From assembly GCA_026023565.1 (NCBI GenBank), contig JAPETS010000053.1, positions 1-64,000 on the forward strand: a stretch of 64,000 nucleotides of DNA, in the 5' to 3' direction. This document shows, one piece after another, positions 13,100-26,097 of the stretch; positions within the stretch are counted from its first letter, which is position 1; the number at the start of each line of letters is the position of its first letter. The translations under genes and the position numbers were made by a program. This stretch comes from Cirrosporium novae-zelandiae. Taxonomy: Eukaryota. The notes beneath the pieces are model-generated. The model was given only the letters and a program-made list of their open reading frames with translations, ran no database searches and was not told the origin of the DNA.

Positions 13100-13532
13100 T
13101 TAGGCCTTGCCAGTAAAGTCGGTCTCGGTTGCAAGTTCGTTTGATGCGGCTGATTTCTCACAGGTGCAGGCTCCTTCAGGTTGGAATGTCAGCTTGTACA
13201 TGTACCTAATTCATAGAAAGGGGAGATTGTATTTACCCAAGGCTCGTTGGCCACAGGCACATGTAGCCCCAGCCACCTTAGAATTCTCTGAAGAGGCACG
13301 ATCACAGGTGCATTCCCCGGCGGGGCGAGCTCCTTTGCCAAAGTTAGTTGACAAAAATAAAAGGAACAAACGACTTACTGCATGAGCAACGAGGTCCAAC
13401 CACAGTGTTTTCGCTGTTGGCCTTTTCGCAAGTGCAGTTCAAGGCATGCTCTTTGCCGCAAGAGCACTTGGCTTGTTCAGCGCAGACACAATTTCCATCA
13501 GCACGACCACAGCAAGTTTTGGGTACAACCAT
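13100..13532 (-). CDS. Cys-rich metallothionein-like copper-resistance protein (Crd2/CrdA type), 107 aa
   Basis: 3 exons (introns 13333-13378, 13174-13236); 16 Cys in CC/CxC motifs; ends ...ACTCEKSAASNELATETDFTGKA*. Confidence 0.88.
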
Positions 13533-15219
13533 TGTGATTGAGGTCGTTATTGAGTGGTTATTGAGTATGAATTGGTTGAAGATAAAGGATTTGGATAATA
13601 AAGCTCAGAGCTAGGAGCTTTTTAGGTATCTAAAGGTGAGAGAAATTGGATGAAGAAGAAAATAATAGAGGGAATGAGTGGAGTAATTATATACTCCCCT
13701 CACGGTAACAACTGCCCATTGTATTAGGAACACCTTAATACTTATTGGTGCGCTCCAGTAACGCCACGCGCTTAGCCTCATGTTTGTCAGGCGGTAAGGC
13801 TGAAATTCAGGTGGTGGTGCAAGGTAATGGTCATCAAAGCATGCAAACGTCTGCCTTTGAACACTAAGTTTCAACTTGCACCAATCACTCTACATCCATT
13901 GACAAGCAGGATTCTTGCCAATGGGGGTCTTCCAGAGCCACTTGATCAAGCTTTTTCATTGATAAAAGTGATCTGATATGCCTAAGCACACATAACACGC
14001 TAGCCTACGTAGGGCTTACTATCTAATGAAGATGGAGTATTCTATGAAGCCTAGAAAGTCTTGGTCCAAGTTCAAACTCAACATTCTTCCAAAAGGCGCT
14101 AGACCATCTATTCATACATTATCCATCCAGATAGACCATGAGCCATGGACTGAAGCTAATCTTGTTTCAAAGTCTTATACGGACCTGGACTGACTACAGT
14201 GTTGTCCTCTAGCTGTGGTTTCCAATGAAGGTGCATGCAACAGAGGTGGTGCTTGAGTGTATAATTCCTCAAGTGGTGGTGGTCGAAGCCATGATGAATG
14301 AAGGTGTTCGTGGGTGCCATGGGTGCTATGGGTGCTATGGGTGTTGCCGGGGCTATAGGTGCTATCCCAAACGCCATATAAGTATTTGCCAGTATACTCA
14401 TGTCTTCATCTCTTGTTGAATTACTTGAATTACTCATGCCCAAATTATCGTCTCTATTTTTAACCATGGAATATTATCATTTCCATAGCGTCCTACCAAC
14501 TCATCAATGTAACCTTTATAGTAGCAATCGAGTATTACAAGATACCAGTACTGGAAATAATTCTCCTGTCTAGTTGAAAGGCCGATATGCACATATTTTG
14601 GCAACTTCATTTGAGTAATAGATGAATGTGGGAAATGGCATAGATTGATCCTGGTTGTAGAAATGGTTCCTTAATCCTCAATATTTTGACCCCCTGTCAG
14701 TGTATATGTTATTAGTCTCTCTAAGCTTAAGCATCTAAACTAAACGAGGGATAATATAATCCTCTACAGAGAGTGCACGACTTCTAGTCTGTTTAGAGGA
14801 ATTTGACGAGCTTAACGATAGCATGCTGAATATACCTAGGTAGTAAATGGGATGTCAGCTGTTCTTGGCAAGTTATTACTGCAGCGAGTATTGCGATACG
14901 ATTTGCAAGTTGAGTTTCATATTTAATCACAAGTGTATGGATGATCCAGCATCCGAGAGTAGTTGTGTACAAAAAACACAAAGAGGAGAGATGACATTTT
15001 AGAAAAAGTTGGGATATCATAACCAAGAAAAATGAAAAATTGCAAGGCAATCCAGAAAGATTACAGAGCACAAAAGCATCATAGGTAGTTTCCATCAACA
15101 GTGAGACCTATTCTTGTCTGTAGCCTGTCAGTCTAGACTTAATATACTACCTTTCTCAAGCATCACTAACCCCCCTACTCCAGCCATTGCTGGATTTCGG
15201 GATTTCTTACCTTTATAAC

Positions 15220-16123
15220 TTAAACGACTCCTCCCTGCATGGCTGGGGGCTCCTTGACCTTCCTCTCTAGCTTTTCCAATGGACCAATATGATTTTCTCT
15301 TTCTTCTACTTCTCCAACTCCCACAGCCTCTCTCACAGCTTTGTTGTGCTTATTCTGGATATTTCTCAAAAATAAGAATTTGTATACGGCGAAGAGGGTG
15401 ACAAAGACAACGGTACAGCCACCTGTCACGCCTGTAGTGACCTTTGCCGTAATAGAAAAATGTCCACCTTGTGCCGAGTAAACGTTCACAAGGGTAGAGA
15501 TTACGCCTGCGACAGAGTTCATAAATCCAGGCCTAAAGGTTCTGATATCAGTACACTGATTGTTGTATCACGAGTAACAATACGGACAAGAATATCTTAT
15601 TAATTAACCACACATAATTCCACCATAACTGGAACCATAGGGCCACCATCCCCAAGGCTCCAACAACGCAACAAACCCCTGCAAGCCATAACAACCCGAT
15701 ATTTTTCACTGTCTGGATTACCACGTGCGCGGCTTGGCTGGTGGTCGAGGAACCACTAATGTCATCTTCTGATTCTGTGAGAGAGGTGAATGTACTGGGA
15801 AAGACAAGATAGCCGGCAAGAAGAATCCAGCCGCAAAACGAAGATAATATGTTGCACCAGCGGGGGATAGTGTCAAGGCGCAGGAGCATATTCATGTACT
15901 CAGTTTCAACAGTGGGCATGCGAGATAGCCCAGGACGAGTAGATCGGCGGGGGAGCGTAGGCTTGAAGCCATTTTGTCGAGAATTTGTCAAATGGGGTGG
16001 ATTCTCAGAGGAATTTGAAGCCTTAGGGTTTGCAGCTGTATTGGCAGAAGCTTTCCGTTTTGCCGTATTGGTGGTTGGCAATTCCAAAGGTGCTCTGTAA
16101 AACAGATTCTCAATAAAGCCCAT
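15220..16123 (-). CDS. Fungal multi-pass membrane protein of unknown function
   Basis: 2 exons (intron 15533-15587, GTCCGT..TAG) join two ORFs in frame; WILLAGYLVFPSTFTSL and PGFMNSVAGVISTLVNVYSAQGG motifs; several hydrophobic segments. Confidence 0.8.
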
Positions 16124-16767
16124 CTTCTAAAAGCTCTTGTAGTTCTTCAGTTGAATCTCTGGATGGTCTAGATAGGAAATATAGCATAGCAAGACAAGCA
16201 GCAATTGCTAACAATAATGAAAAGGTCTGGCAGCTCATGATGGGGCCAGAAATAAGGCCAGCTTTGTTGGCCTTTTAGCCTTGCAACAGTGAATGATAGC
16301 ATCTTTGCGATAGCAACGGTCAAGCACAAGAACTTTACCGTTTCCTTGCTAGGCAGAGGCAATTGGTGGGATGGATCAGCTTAGCAAAAAAGACGTGAGA
16401 GTCATCCAATAATGGTGGTGAAATCTAAATTGAAAGTGCCTCGGGTTGTTGAGTTAAAGAGTTGAACAAGTTTTGTCCCTGGGCTTATCGCTGCACGGTG
16501 ACGTATAATGTCAAGTCCCACCCAGGTCTCAAACCCTCTCATGGCCTCTACCTACGGGTACTCGTACGACTACTACTACGACTACTACTAGAAATTCTGT
16601 CGAAGCCCACAAGCCTACGAATACAAGCCTACAAATCTACAGGTTCGTGAAACTAGAAACCCTAGAAGCCCTGCTCACGCTACGGTAAGCGCCAAAAGCT
16701 GTCTACGAATCAAACTTTCGCAACCTCTCAACCGTTCAAATCATGAAATTATGAAACCAAGGCCAAC

Positions 16768-17556
16768 ATGCCAATCTGTATCGAATGCTCTTATCCTGTC
16801 TCCAACCTCTTCACAGTTTACAGCAAAGCAGATGATCACTCCCTTGGTGATGGTGTCAGTTTAACAAAATGTCCTTGCTGCAAGCGTGTCGCCGACAAAT
16901 ATGTCGAACATGATTTCGTTATGCTATTTATCGACCTCATCCTTATGAAACCCCAGGTCTATCGCCATCTGCTATTCAACCGATTGACTCCTGCGAGCTT
17001 ATCGGGGTTTCATCCCTCTATCAACAAACTAGCCATACTATTGTTGCTATTTGATGCGTATTTAATATGGGCGAGGATTGAGAAAACATGGACATCCTCA
17101 ATGTCGCCTTTGATGAATCGGTCAATTATAGAGCAATACATATTCTTCCTCACACTCTCTACAGTCTCAACCTTGCTCCATCATATATCTGTTCGCCTGT
17201 TGGTGAGAGTTCTCCTCCCTTCAGATGCTACCACCAGCGAGGACCGTGGTAATAGGATATCTGCCGCCTTATTGATTTCATCATTCGCAAAGTTCTTTAC
17301 TATTGTGACTATGATATGGGACTATGATGTACCGATTGCTGCCATGTGGCTAGGATGGGCAGTTCTCCTCAACAACGTAGTGGCTTTGACAAGTGTCTTG
17401 GGATGTGGGGCTTTGCGAGCATCAATACTCGCAAGTGCTGGTGCATTTATAAGATGGTGCGTTGGAGAAATTATGCTAGGAGCCATGGGACTTGGAAAGG
17501 AGAGCGGGCCAGTGGCTGACTTGATCAGCTTGTTTTCATTAGCTATAAATGGATGA
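16768..17556 (+). CDS. ARV1: Arv1 sterol/lipid homeostasis protein
   Basis: MPICIEC...CPCCKRVADKYVEHD.V.LFIDLILMKPQVYRHLLFN Arv1 homology domain followed by TM helices; single ORF. Confidence 0.93.
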   Translation: MPICIECSYPVSNLFTVYSKADDHSLGDGVSLTKCPCCKRVADKYVEHDFVMLFIDLILMKPQVYRHLLFNRLTPASLSGFHPSINKLAILLLLFDAYLIWARIEKTWTSSMSPLMNRSIIEQYIFFLTLSTVSTLLHHISVRLLVRVLLPSDATTSEDRGNRISAALLISSFAKFFTIVTMIWDYDVPIAAMWLGWAVLLNNVVALTSVLGCGALRASILASAGAFIRWCVGEIMLGAMGLGKESGPVADLISLFSLAING

Positions 17557-18197
17557 TTAGAGACGTTAGAGACAGAACAAGTGATATGGAACAAAATATA
17601 AGCTATTGGTTGTAGCATTGTGATATAAATGAGTAGGAACTTACAAGTTTATATTTCCTTCCCCGAATTACTTAAAACATCTCATATCTCTAGTACTCCT
17701 ATTGCTTTACTCGTTTTATAGAGCAAAAGTTATCTATATACCTTGATACCTAGGTACCTAAGTAGCTTCTAGAAATTAAACAAAGTGAGAGGACATCAGC
17801 TAAAACGAAATAGGCCTCACGAAGCCTCGTGAAACAGACTCATAGTACAATTGAAATAGAACTATAGCGCTTGCTCACTTTAATTCAATGTAGACGCCTA
17901 AATGCTAGGTGTCAACCTGCTAAATATACATGCGTTTCTTCCATTGTCCTCCCAATAATCCACTCCCCCGTGGTTATAAAATCGGAACCATAACACCCTT
18001 ACAAAAAGGTTCGATCCTTCAAGGCGCAGAAAACAAAAGGCTGGACATTCTCTAGCATATTCTCTATTAACATCCTCACAAACATTCCCCTTCCACAAAT
18101 CATGTAGCTTCAGGCATTGCGAATAAGTCTTTGTTGCGATCGCATATCTCGATAAACACAAGGAAAGAAGGTCTGAAAGGTGAAAAGGCGACTGATA

Positions 18198-18574
18198 TCA
18201 GTTGAATGCTAGTCGTATATCTTCAACTTCAGGTCTCAAGTCATTCCGGCGAGGTTGAATCAAAGGGTGGAGCTGGGCCAGGAACGTAATCGCTAACAAG
18301 TCGGACGTTAGCAACCGTTCCATTTACAAGGCTTCTCAACAGCCGTAAACATCACTCACCCCACATGAGATAGCACACTGAAAGTCCAAGCACTAGAGTA
18401 ACTCTCGTGGTCCTATATTTTGTAAGCTTAAGATGCCAAACTTATAGAATGAAAAGGGATAGCTCACGTTTGATCATGCTTGGCAACGAACTTGTCCAAT
18501 GGGGCCTTCCAGACACCAAGGCAAATGGCTGCAATGACAGCGAGCACAAATATAACATTCCAGAAGCTAGCCAT
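18198..18574 (-). CDS. VMA9: V-type proton ATPase subunit e
   Basis: Hand-spliced 3 exons (introns 18413-18467, 18293-18359): MASFWNVIFVLAVIAAICLGVWKAPLDKFVAKHDQTTTRVTLVLGLSVCYLMWAITFLAQLHPLIQPRRNDLRPEVEDIRLAFN*; CYLMWAITFLAQLHPLI is the subunit-e signature; absent from the ORF track. Confidence 0.93.
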
Positions 18575-21500
18575 ATTGGGAAATATGGGAGTGGATATAG
18601 GAAGTAAGTGTAGAGGAGCGAGGTTTGGTAGAGTGGTGAAATCAACTACCTGGTATTGTATTGTCGAAGGTGACTAGTCGGAATTTCGGGGCTTCGGGGA
18701 ATCGGAGATTCGGAGTTTTGAGGTTGATGTTTTAAAGTTTAAATACCAGCGCTAGGTGAGACCTTTAAACAAAATTTAATTCACAATTTCAAGCAACCTT
18801 TCAAGCAACCTATAATCGATACTTGATATCTATACTGTACTGTAGTAGTTCCAACGTCTTTCCATTCTATAGAGCTCATATACCAAGCTACACTTTACCC
18901 GATATCATCGTATAATCTTTGATTACGCCAAAGGCCTTGTCATACAACAACTTCAAACTATATAGTTACTTCTAAATACTATTCATAATAACAGCAGTGA
19001 CAATAACCATCACTTATTAAACAAAACAAAACCAAAACATAAGACATAGTTGATTTAAGCTTATTCTGAGAGTTGGGGATTGTACAAACTACTGGGTACT
19101 TATCCGCTTCTCTGATTATCAGCCATCCCGAGCCTTAATTGCGTGATTGTAAAATAAGTTCCTATTAGCAGTAGCTTTTTCTTATTCTCAACTACATCGT
19201 TTCTCTCTACCTTCAGTTATCAAACCATAACATCCTTCATAACTTCTTATGGCTTCTCAAACTTCCCCAGCTTCATTCTCTCCAAGTACCTAGGTATATT
19301 GGAGCATGACTAGCAATGGTATATATACCTTGACTTCTCCCAGGTTAGAAGAGAGATGTACTTGTCGGACATTGGCTAACTATCATCTCTGGGTATCGAC
19401 AAAGCTAAATTCTGCCTTTCACACTCTATACTTTTTATACTATTCATAATGTGTCAAAGCATCAAACATAGATTCAAACACAAATTCAACCCTCAAAGCT
19501 TCATGTCTCATTCCCATTCCAAAATATCTTATTGGAAATTTATTCTTAACTCGAGTCAAAAAATCTCATGGTGGCAACTATATTATCCCAAAGCCTCAGA
19601 GAAGATAGCTCAGCCACTCAAAGTTTACATTTATATGATCGGCTTCATTCTGGATCTGTTCCATCTCATACACAGCTTTACACTGCTGCTGGTGCTACCA
19701 ATACTAGCTTTGTATTGTTCTGTTCGATGTCGCTGTCAGTCCGAAGATAAGCCACTTAAATCGACTCATGCACCCAAATAAAGGGAAAAGAACAAGTCCT
19801 ATTTGATACACTACAATGTCAAGCGAAAGGCCTTTTCGTAGAAAAACTGGACAGCACACGTACAAGAAGCTTTATTACAAGGGTGGGGTTGGTCAAGATC
19901 CAACAGCCATTATCAGAACCCCACCATTTACCCTTCCCGCCTTATGTTCATCATAGCCCAAGGGCGATATGGACAATAAAATGAATCGTCATCATCCTTC
20001 TCATTTTCTGTTTCTCTCCATGGCTTAATTTGCTTAGCTATTGATCTAACCGCATTTACACCGGTGGGCATCTAGATATCCCTCATGCGTTTTTAGTGTC
20101 CCATTTTTTTGGTACCCCATTTTTATCGAGTTTTGAAAAGAGGAGGAACGTGAAGCATAATCGAGAATCCGTGCTGAGATTGCACTGAGACATGCTACTG
20201 AGTAGGTCAAGCTCTGTCGGTGGCATGCATGTCGTTTAATCCCTCTAATTCTGTCAGAGGATGGCGGCAGGCGTTTCCTAGAGTCGGCTTTGGTTTGCAT
20301 GTCACGGTGATGGATGTTATTGTCAGCATTAGATTGATTAGAGAACTCTGGTCGTATGATGTCCTACGAGCGAGCGGGTTCGGGTAACAATAGCGTTGGT
20401 TCGGCACGCGACGGGCTAGGGTACGGCTCAATCATACTTTTACGGTACAGCAGCGACTATCAACTTTACTCTAGCCATTCATTGGCTTCATTGGCATCTG
20501 ATAACTATACAGTACATAAATTCATGTCGCGATCTTCGATTTTTTACCTCAAGTCAACTTTCGAGTCATGACGGGTATCAGCTATCTGTTGTAAGGTTCG
20601 GATAGTCCCACTCAACCCATATTATCAGCCTGCTGATGCAAATGCACTTGAAAAAACAAACCTTAAAATTGTATGCTGAGAACAACTCCCAGCTAAATGA
20701 TAGCAGTCCCACCTCACTATGAAACCATGAATATTATGTTTCGTGTTCTTTGTCCGGGTAAGGATGTCTGATCTATGATCACGTTAATGCCGTGGACAAT
20801 AAAGGCCACCCCAGAAAGGTATACATCTACCTTTTTCAACTTTCGCTTTTTATCGCCTTCCCCGTGCTAAATCTATTTGTGATAGCTTGCAAAAATTTCA
20901 CAAGCAGACTTTAGTGCCTTTACCCTGGTTAGAAAGATTACGTCAGAAAAAATTTACAGACAGTTTTATAGCCACGTGGTTCTTTAGTTTATGTCAGGGA
21001 TTAACAGTTTGCTATGATAGACCGTGCGCTTGAAAATTTAGCCAGGAATCCAAACCCAGAAGCACTATCACTCCTATCATGGGGCTATGTTAGGCTTGCA
21101 TATCCCAAACATCGTATCCAGAACATAGTGTCTCAAATCGAATTTAAATGGGAAAGCCACTGGAATACCTGTCAATACGAAAAGTCGAGGTAGACGGACA
21201 GAATATGCGACGAGAAAAGCCAGGATCGAAAGTTTCATGATACATACAGATCTAGCATATATCCAAGTATATGCAATAGCATCTGAGAGTATAAATTTAT
21301 CAGAACCCGGTGGATAGTACTTCAAGCATCATATGCAACTTGCCTTAGGTCTCCATAGAGACAAACAAACCATCTCGAAAGGAGTATTTAGAAAAATACA
21401 ACTTGGAACAGGCTAGAAAATAATACAAACCATCGCCAGACTTCATCCTGGTGGCGGTTGGTGGAATTTCGTGCTATGTTGTCTATACCCCTGAAAGATA

Positions 21501-22174
21501 CAACGCTAAAAGAAGGTCCAGATATGATCCGGAGTCCGGGTAAAACCTGTGTACACCAACTAATTACGGAACGAAAGAAAACCCTTGCTAGTTCAAATGG
21601 CTAGCGAAAAATCTGGGGAAGTTGGACTCAATATGTCAACGACACTAATGATAGAGTATGGAGCGCCTATTTTCCATGTGCTCTTGTCACCATACACAAT
21701 AGTTTACCAGGATACTACACGTGCGTGCTAAGAAAACAAGATTACTAGTCTACTATACAAGACACTTGATACAACTATGGCTCTTTTGTCCCCACTGCTA
21801 AGTACCTACTCGTAGATAGTCGCCTGAACCTCCAAAATTAATGCTGATATTGAAATCCATATTAAGCCGGAGCGGATATATGCCGACATGAGGCTTATCG
21901 GTACTCGAGTCTTTTGCAAAGACTACAAGTGGTTCATTCGCCGTCTCCGAACCATGCGTTTTCGGTCTCCATTGCATGGGACTACCCATCTCAGTATCAG
22001 TATAAAAATCTCGATCTACACATCGAAAGAATTTTTCTTCAAGCACACAGCCAGTTTACTTCCTAGGTGATTCGTTCGTCTATTAGTTTATACATAGTTG
22101 TCAACTTGCACTTTTTATTCAATCAATTCGGTTCAGTTCACCCATATTTGTTCAAGTATTTTTGATACATAACC

Positions 22175-23155
22175 ATGGCGCAACCCTTAACAGACCGCGA
22201 AAAGTTCCCAGAATTTTATGTGGAAGATCAGAATATAGATCGTCGAACATGTAAACGTCAGATACCCTTGCAAGTTCTGTCGCTAGGAATGTCCAGAACG
22301 GGGACGATGTGTACGTATCATTTCATTTAATTGCCAGTTCTCGGTTCAAGAGGACGCTGACATCAAACGAACATATTGTATACAGCAATCCGTGCTGCCC
22401 TCTATATCCTCGGCTACAAAAAGCCCTGCCATGCCTTCACATTCTTCGAAAACCCCCGCGACTTTGACCTCTGGACCGAGTATATCAAAGCCAAATTCGG
22501 TCCCCCAGGGTGCACCAAATACCCGATTCCCGGCCGGGTAGAATTCGATCAGATCCTAGGTGATTGTGATGCCACTACAGACATGCCAACCAACCTATTC
22601 GGGCCGGAGCTCGTGGCCGCATATCCCGACGCCAAAGTCATCCTCGTGGAACGGGACATTGACCGCTGGGCAGACAGCATCTCCAAAGCCATCTTCCCGG
22701 TCCTATTCACCCGCCTATGGATCTACATCGGCTACCTGGACTACCACAATCTCGGTCGCTGTCTTACCTGCCTGCGTACCTGGGGTCGCCTATATTTCCA
22801 CGCCACGGCCATGGACGAAGCGACCCACAATGCAAAAGCCACATACCTGCGCCACTATTCCGAGATCAGAGCTGCTACACCTCCGGATAGGCTCTTGGAT
22901 TATAAATTTTCCGATGGCTGGGAGCCTTTGTGTAAATTTTTGGGGAAACCGATACCAGATGTGCCGTTCCCGAGGGCGAATGATGCGCAAGAGATGCAGG
23001 ATAGGTTGACGGTTGTTTTGAAGAGGGCAGTCATAAAGGGAGTGAGGAGGTTAGCTTGGTTGGGGAGTCCGATGGTGGTTTTGGGAATTGCTACGTTGGG
23101 GTATCGGTATGGGTATGGAGCAAAGGTGGTGGAATCGGTAAAGGAGTGGCAGTAA
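22175..23155 (+). CDS. Sulfotransferase-family P-loop protein (Sulfotransfer_4-like) with C-terminal TM anchor
   Basis: 2 exons (intron 22311-22385); VLSLGMSRTGTMS P-loop, ELVAAYPDAKVILVERD..W, DGWEPLCKFLGKPIPDVPFPRAND. Confidence 0.88.
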
Positions 23156-23674
23156 AGATGGTTAAAGTTCCATGCTCATGAAGGATAGGAAAGGAGAGTT
23201 CAATATACACATATATATACACAATCATATACGCATTTAGATATCAGCAGATCTGACCTCTCCTTGGGATATTAGGGGTACTTGAGGATCTCAGGTTACT
23301 AAGATCAAGCCCTCCTCTCAAGGGTCCACGCTATAGACAAATACCCTGTGGGCCCAACATACCTCAAAATTAAGAGTGATACCAATAGTTCACAGAGTAT
23401 ATGCATAGTCCAGTACAGATTTCAAATCAGCAAAGTTTGTCAAGCTACCTAGGTATTTAGGAGATCTTCGAGTAAAATAGTAAACAGTGTAGCCTTATAT
23501 AAGGAACCGATATACTAGTATTGTCACTTGTTAATTCCACCCTTGAATAAAATACAGAACGTACATTTCAAGTCTCTAAGTGAAAAATAAAGTGTGGGGG
23601 AGCTGCTGCCAAGATCTCTCTCAAATTCAAATGGACAGATTACTCGGAAGGTGATCTCAGACCCCTTATCGTTT

Positions 23675-24360
23675 TTAGATAGTCCCTGACACCACTGCTA
23701 GGCTTCTCATAATCCCCGCCCAAATCAACAGCCCTCGCATAAGTTTCTTCCCCGTAAATTTCTCGACATTTTGAGCATCATTGACCCTTGAAAATGAGTA
23801 GGGGGATATCAGGGCTGGGGGGTGGAATAATGGGGGAGAAGGGGGAGAGTGAGATGGTAATGGTTCGAACGATACTGATGGTGGATTAGAGAACGGGAAT
23901 AGTGAATTCCTTCTAGAGGCTCGTGTCGAGTTCCTGGATTCTAGATGACACCTTGGAAAGGACTCTACGACATAGAAGGTGTATCTCGCGAAATGCATGA
24001 TAAGCATATCGAGCAGTTGAAGAAGATTATGTCCAAGGAGAAACTGTGTTTCCTTGACGTAACGGATGGTTTGGAGCCACTTTGCAGTAGCTTGGATATG
24101 GGGATGCCGGAGAGCGGCCGACTTTGTTGAAATCCATGCACATAAGCCAGTAGCGGGGAGCAGAGATGGAGAAGAGGACCTAGCAGAATAGCCAAAGCAC
24201 AACTTTCTTAGATAAAGGCTCCAAGCTCCTTCACTCATCTAGATCCCTTACCATACAAATATGATCACGGCATCCAGGAATACTTGCATCAGTTCGGGGT
24301 GAATTGCGAGCCTGGATAGTCTATGAATACTGCATAACGGGTAAAGGCACTTTGAACCAG
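23675..24360 (-). pseudogene. Sulfotransfer_4-like pseudogene with an internally inverted segment
   Basis: Minus strand: IDYPGSQF..ELMQVFLDA, ICMVRDLDE*RSLEP (stops, frameshifts). Plus strand ~23950-24110: WKGLY...HIEQLKKIMSKEKLCFLDVTDGLEPLCSSLDMGMP. Minus strand ~23810-23675: FSRVNDAQNVEKF...RGLLIWAG. Confidence 0.75.
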
Positions 24361-25142
24361 CTTTAATCTAGCTTTGACCCACAACACGGTCAGTAACGTT
24401 GTACGTTGGCATTCAAGAGGACATGCAGGAGATGGTTTTCAGCGTTGTGAATACACTAGACCAAATAGACAGTCTACCCTAGACCATCTATAAACCATAG
24501 ACCGGCCAAGCCAAGGCGGCCAGTCTGGTCAATCTAGGCTATTCACAACACTGACGGTTTTGATCAAAGGTTCGACGTGTGATTCTGATAAGCCAACGAT
24601 TTGAGTGGCGCCATGATAGATGAGGCCATGGAGCGGTATCTCAAGAGCTTGGCCAAAGAAAATGGTGCCTGCGCGAGGCAAGCCGGTACCAATTACCTAA
24701 AATCGAACAATTAGGTTCAGTTTAGAAGCTTATTGGATCACGATATTTCTCTGGACGGTGTAAGATATCAAAGGAGCAAGCCAGGAGCACAATACTAAGC
24801 CGATGAATTTGTTTGAACATAAAAGCACAAGAGACTTTGACAAGAAATCAACATAAGAAATAAACGACGTTGTTGACATGATTGTTAGGATCTGACTATT
24901 CTTAACACTGTGCAAATAATGTACAAATACTGTGTAGATGGTAGGAAAGGAGTTGAGCTTGACTTGAGTGGCGCTCAAGTTGTCAAAATCTCGTGGAATA
25001 GATACAGTCAAGGTCGGCATTATCCACAGAACCTTCTTCTTGAAATCTTTGGGATCAAGTCAAGTCAAGTAAAATAGCTGTTGCTCCCATACACATTCAG
25101 CCATGTTTATTAAAATATCGGCCAGCATCAGTACTTAAAACA

Positions 25143-25540
25143 TCAACCTCGCTTCATATGAGCTTCATCGTTCTCCTTGTTGTTCTGTCTGGCCTCATCA
25201 ATCATTGTATCGAGTCCGCGGTCCTTGAGGGCTTTCTATAAAGATTGAGATTGGCATAAGCACAGTAAAGAAAAGGATCAATTCAACAAACCGTCAAACA
25301 CTGCTTATACTGCTTGAATAGTCCTTCGCATTCATCGTTTGCAGCTTGACCTCGAAGGAATCCTAATTTATTAGTGCTATTCTTGCATAAATGCTAGGAG
25401 GTATGACCGTACTCTCGCTATACCATTTTATGAAACAAGAGTCATATTTTCTGTGACGAAAATTAGTGATATATACGGCAAGGTAATCCGGTAACCAACT
25501 CTTTGGCCTCATTACATTCTGGAGCGAGTGAGGCCGACAT
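25143..25540 (-). CDS. MDM35: Mitochondrial intermembrane-space twin-CX9C-type protein Mdm35/TRIAP1
   Basis: Hand-spliced 4 exons (introns 25451-25499, 25363-25412, 25236-25291): MSASLAPECNEAKEKYDSCFIKWYSERFLRGQAANDECEGLFKQYKQCLTKALKDRGLDTMIDEARQNNKENDEAHMKRG*. Confidence 0.95.
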
Positions 25541-26097
25541 TTCTGTAGTTTATAGATAAAAATACGGTTGACTGGGACTCTGGGATTTATTAAAAGGATG
25601 TTTGGTCTGTTTGACAGTGACTTCATTAGGTATGTGGCACGTGCGTGGGTACCTTTATTAGTGCCTTGGTGTCTTGATACTTGATGCCTCGATGCCTTAA
25701 TATTTAGACCTAGTTAGTCACGTGTTATGCTGTTGTCTTCGTATTCCCCGATAGCCGACAAAATTTAGAAGCTCACTAGTCTACAGCAACTAAAGCTCAC
25801 TTTGCGCCTGAAGCCAAAATCTCATTAATTCTTTCGTCACCCATGGACTTCTTGAACATATCAATAAACAATAATGATACATAAACCAAGTTAGTACATA
25901 ACTTGTCAGAGATCTCCAGAGTAATCTATTACTTGGATCAGGGAGCTTTGTTCGATTACCATCAAAGAGTTCCCTCTGATTCCAAATTCACATTCTACTT
26001 TATGGAAACAACCTGACAGTCGCATAATCTACAGTTTCCTAGTGATTGAACAGAGTGAGGGTATTTCATAAAGCTGTTGGCAGCTTTACATTTCGCA

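Noticed and set aside
14156..14467. 103-aa ORF with APIAP repeats and a His-rich stretch next to the metallothionein
   Set aside because: Driven by a 9-bp slippage repeat; no recognisable domain, so a metal-binding role is unsupported.
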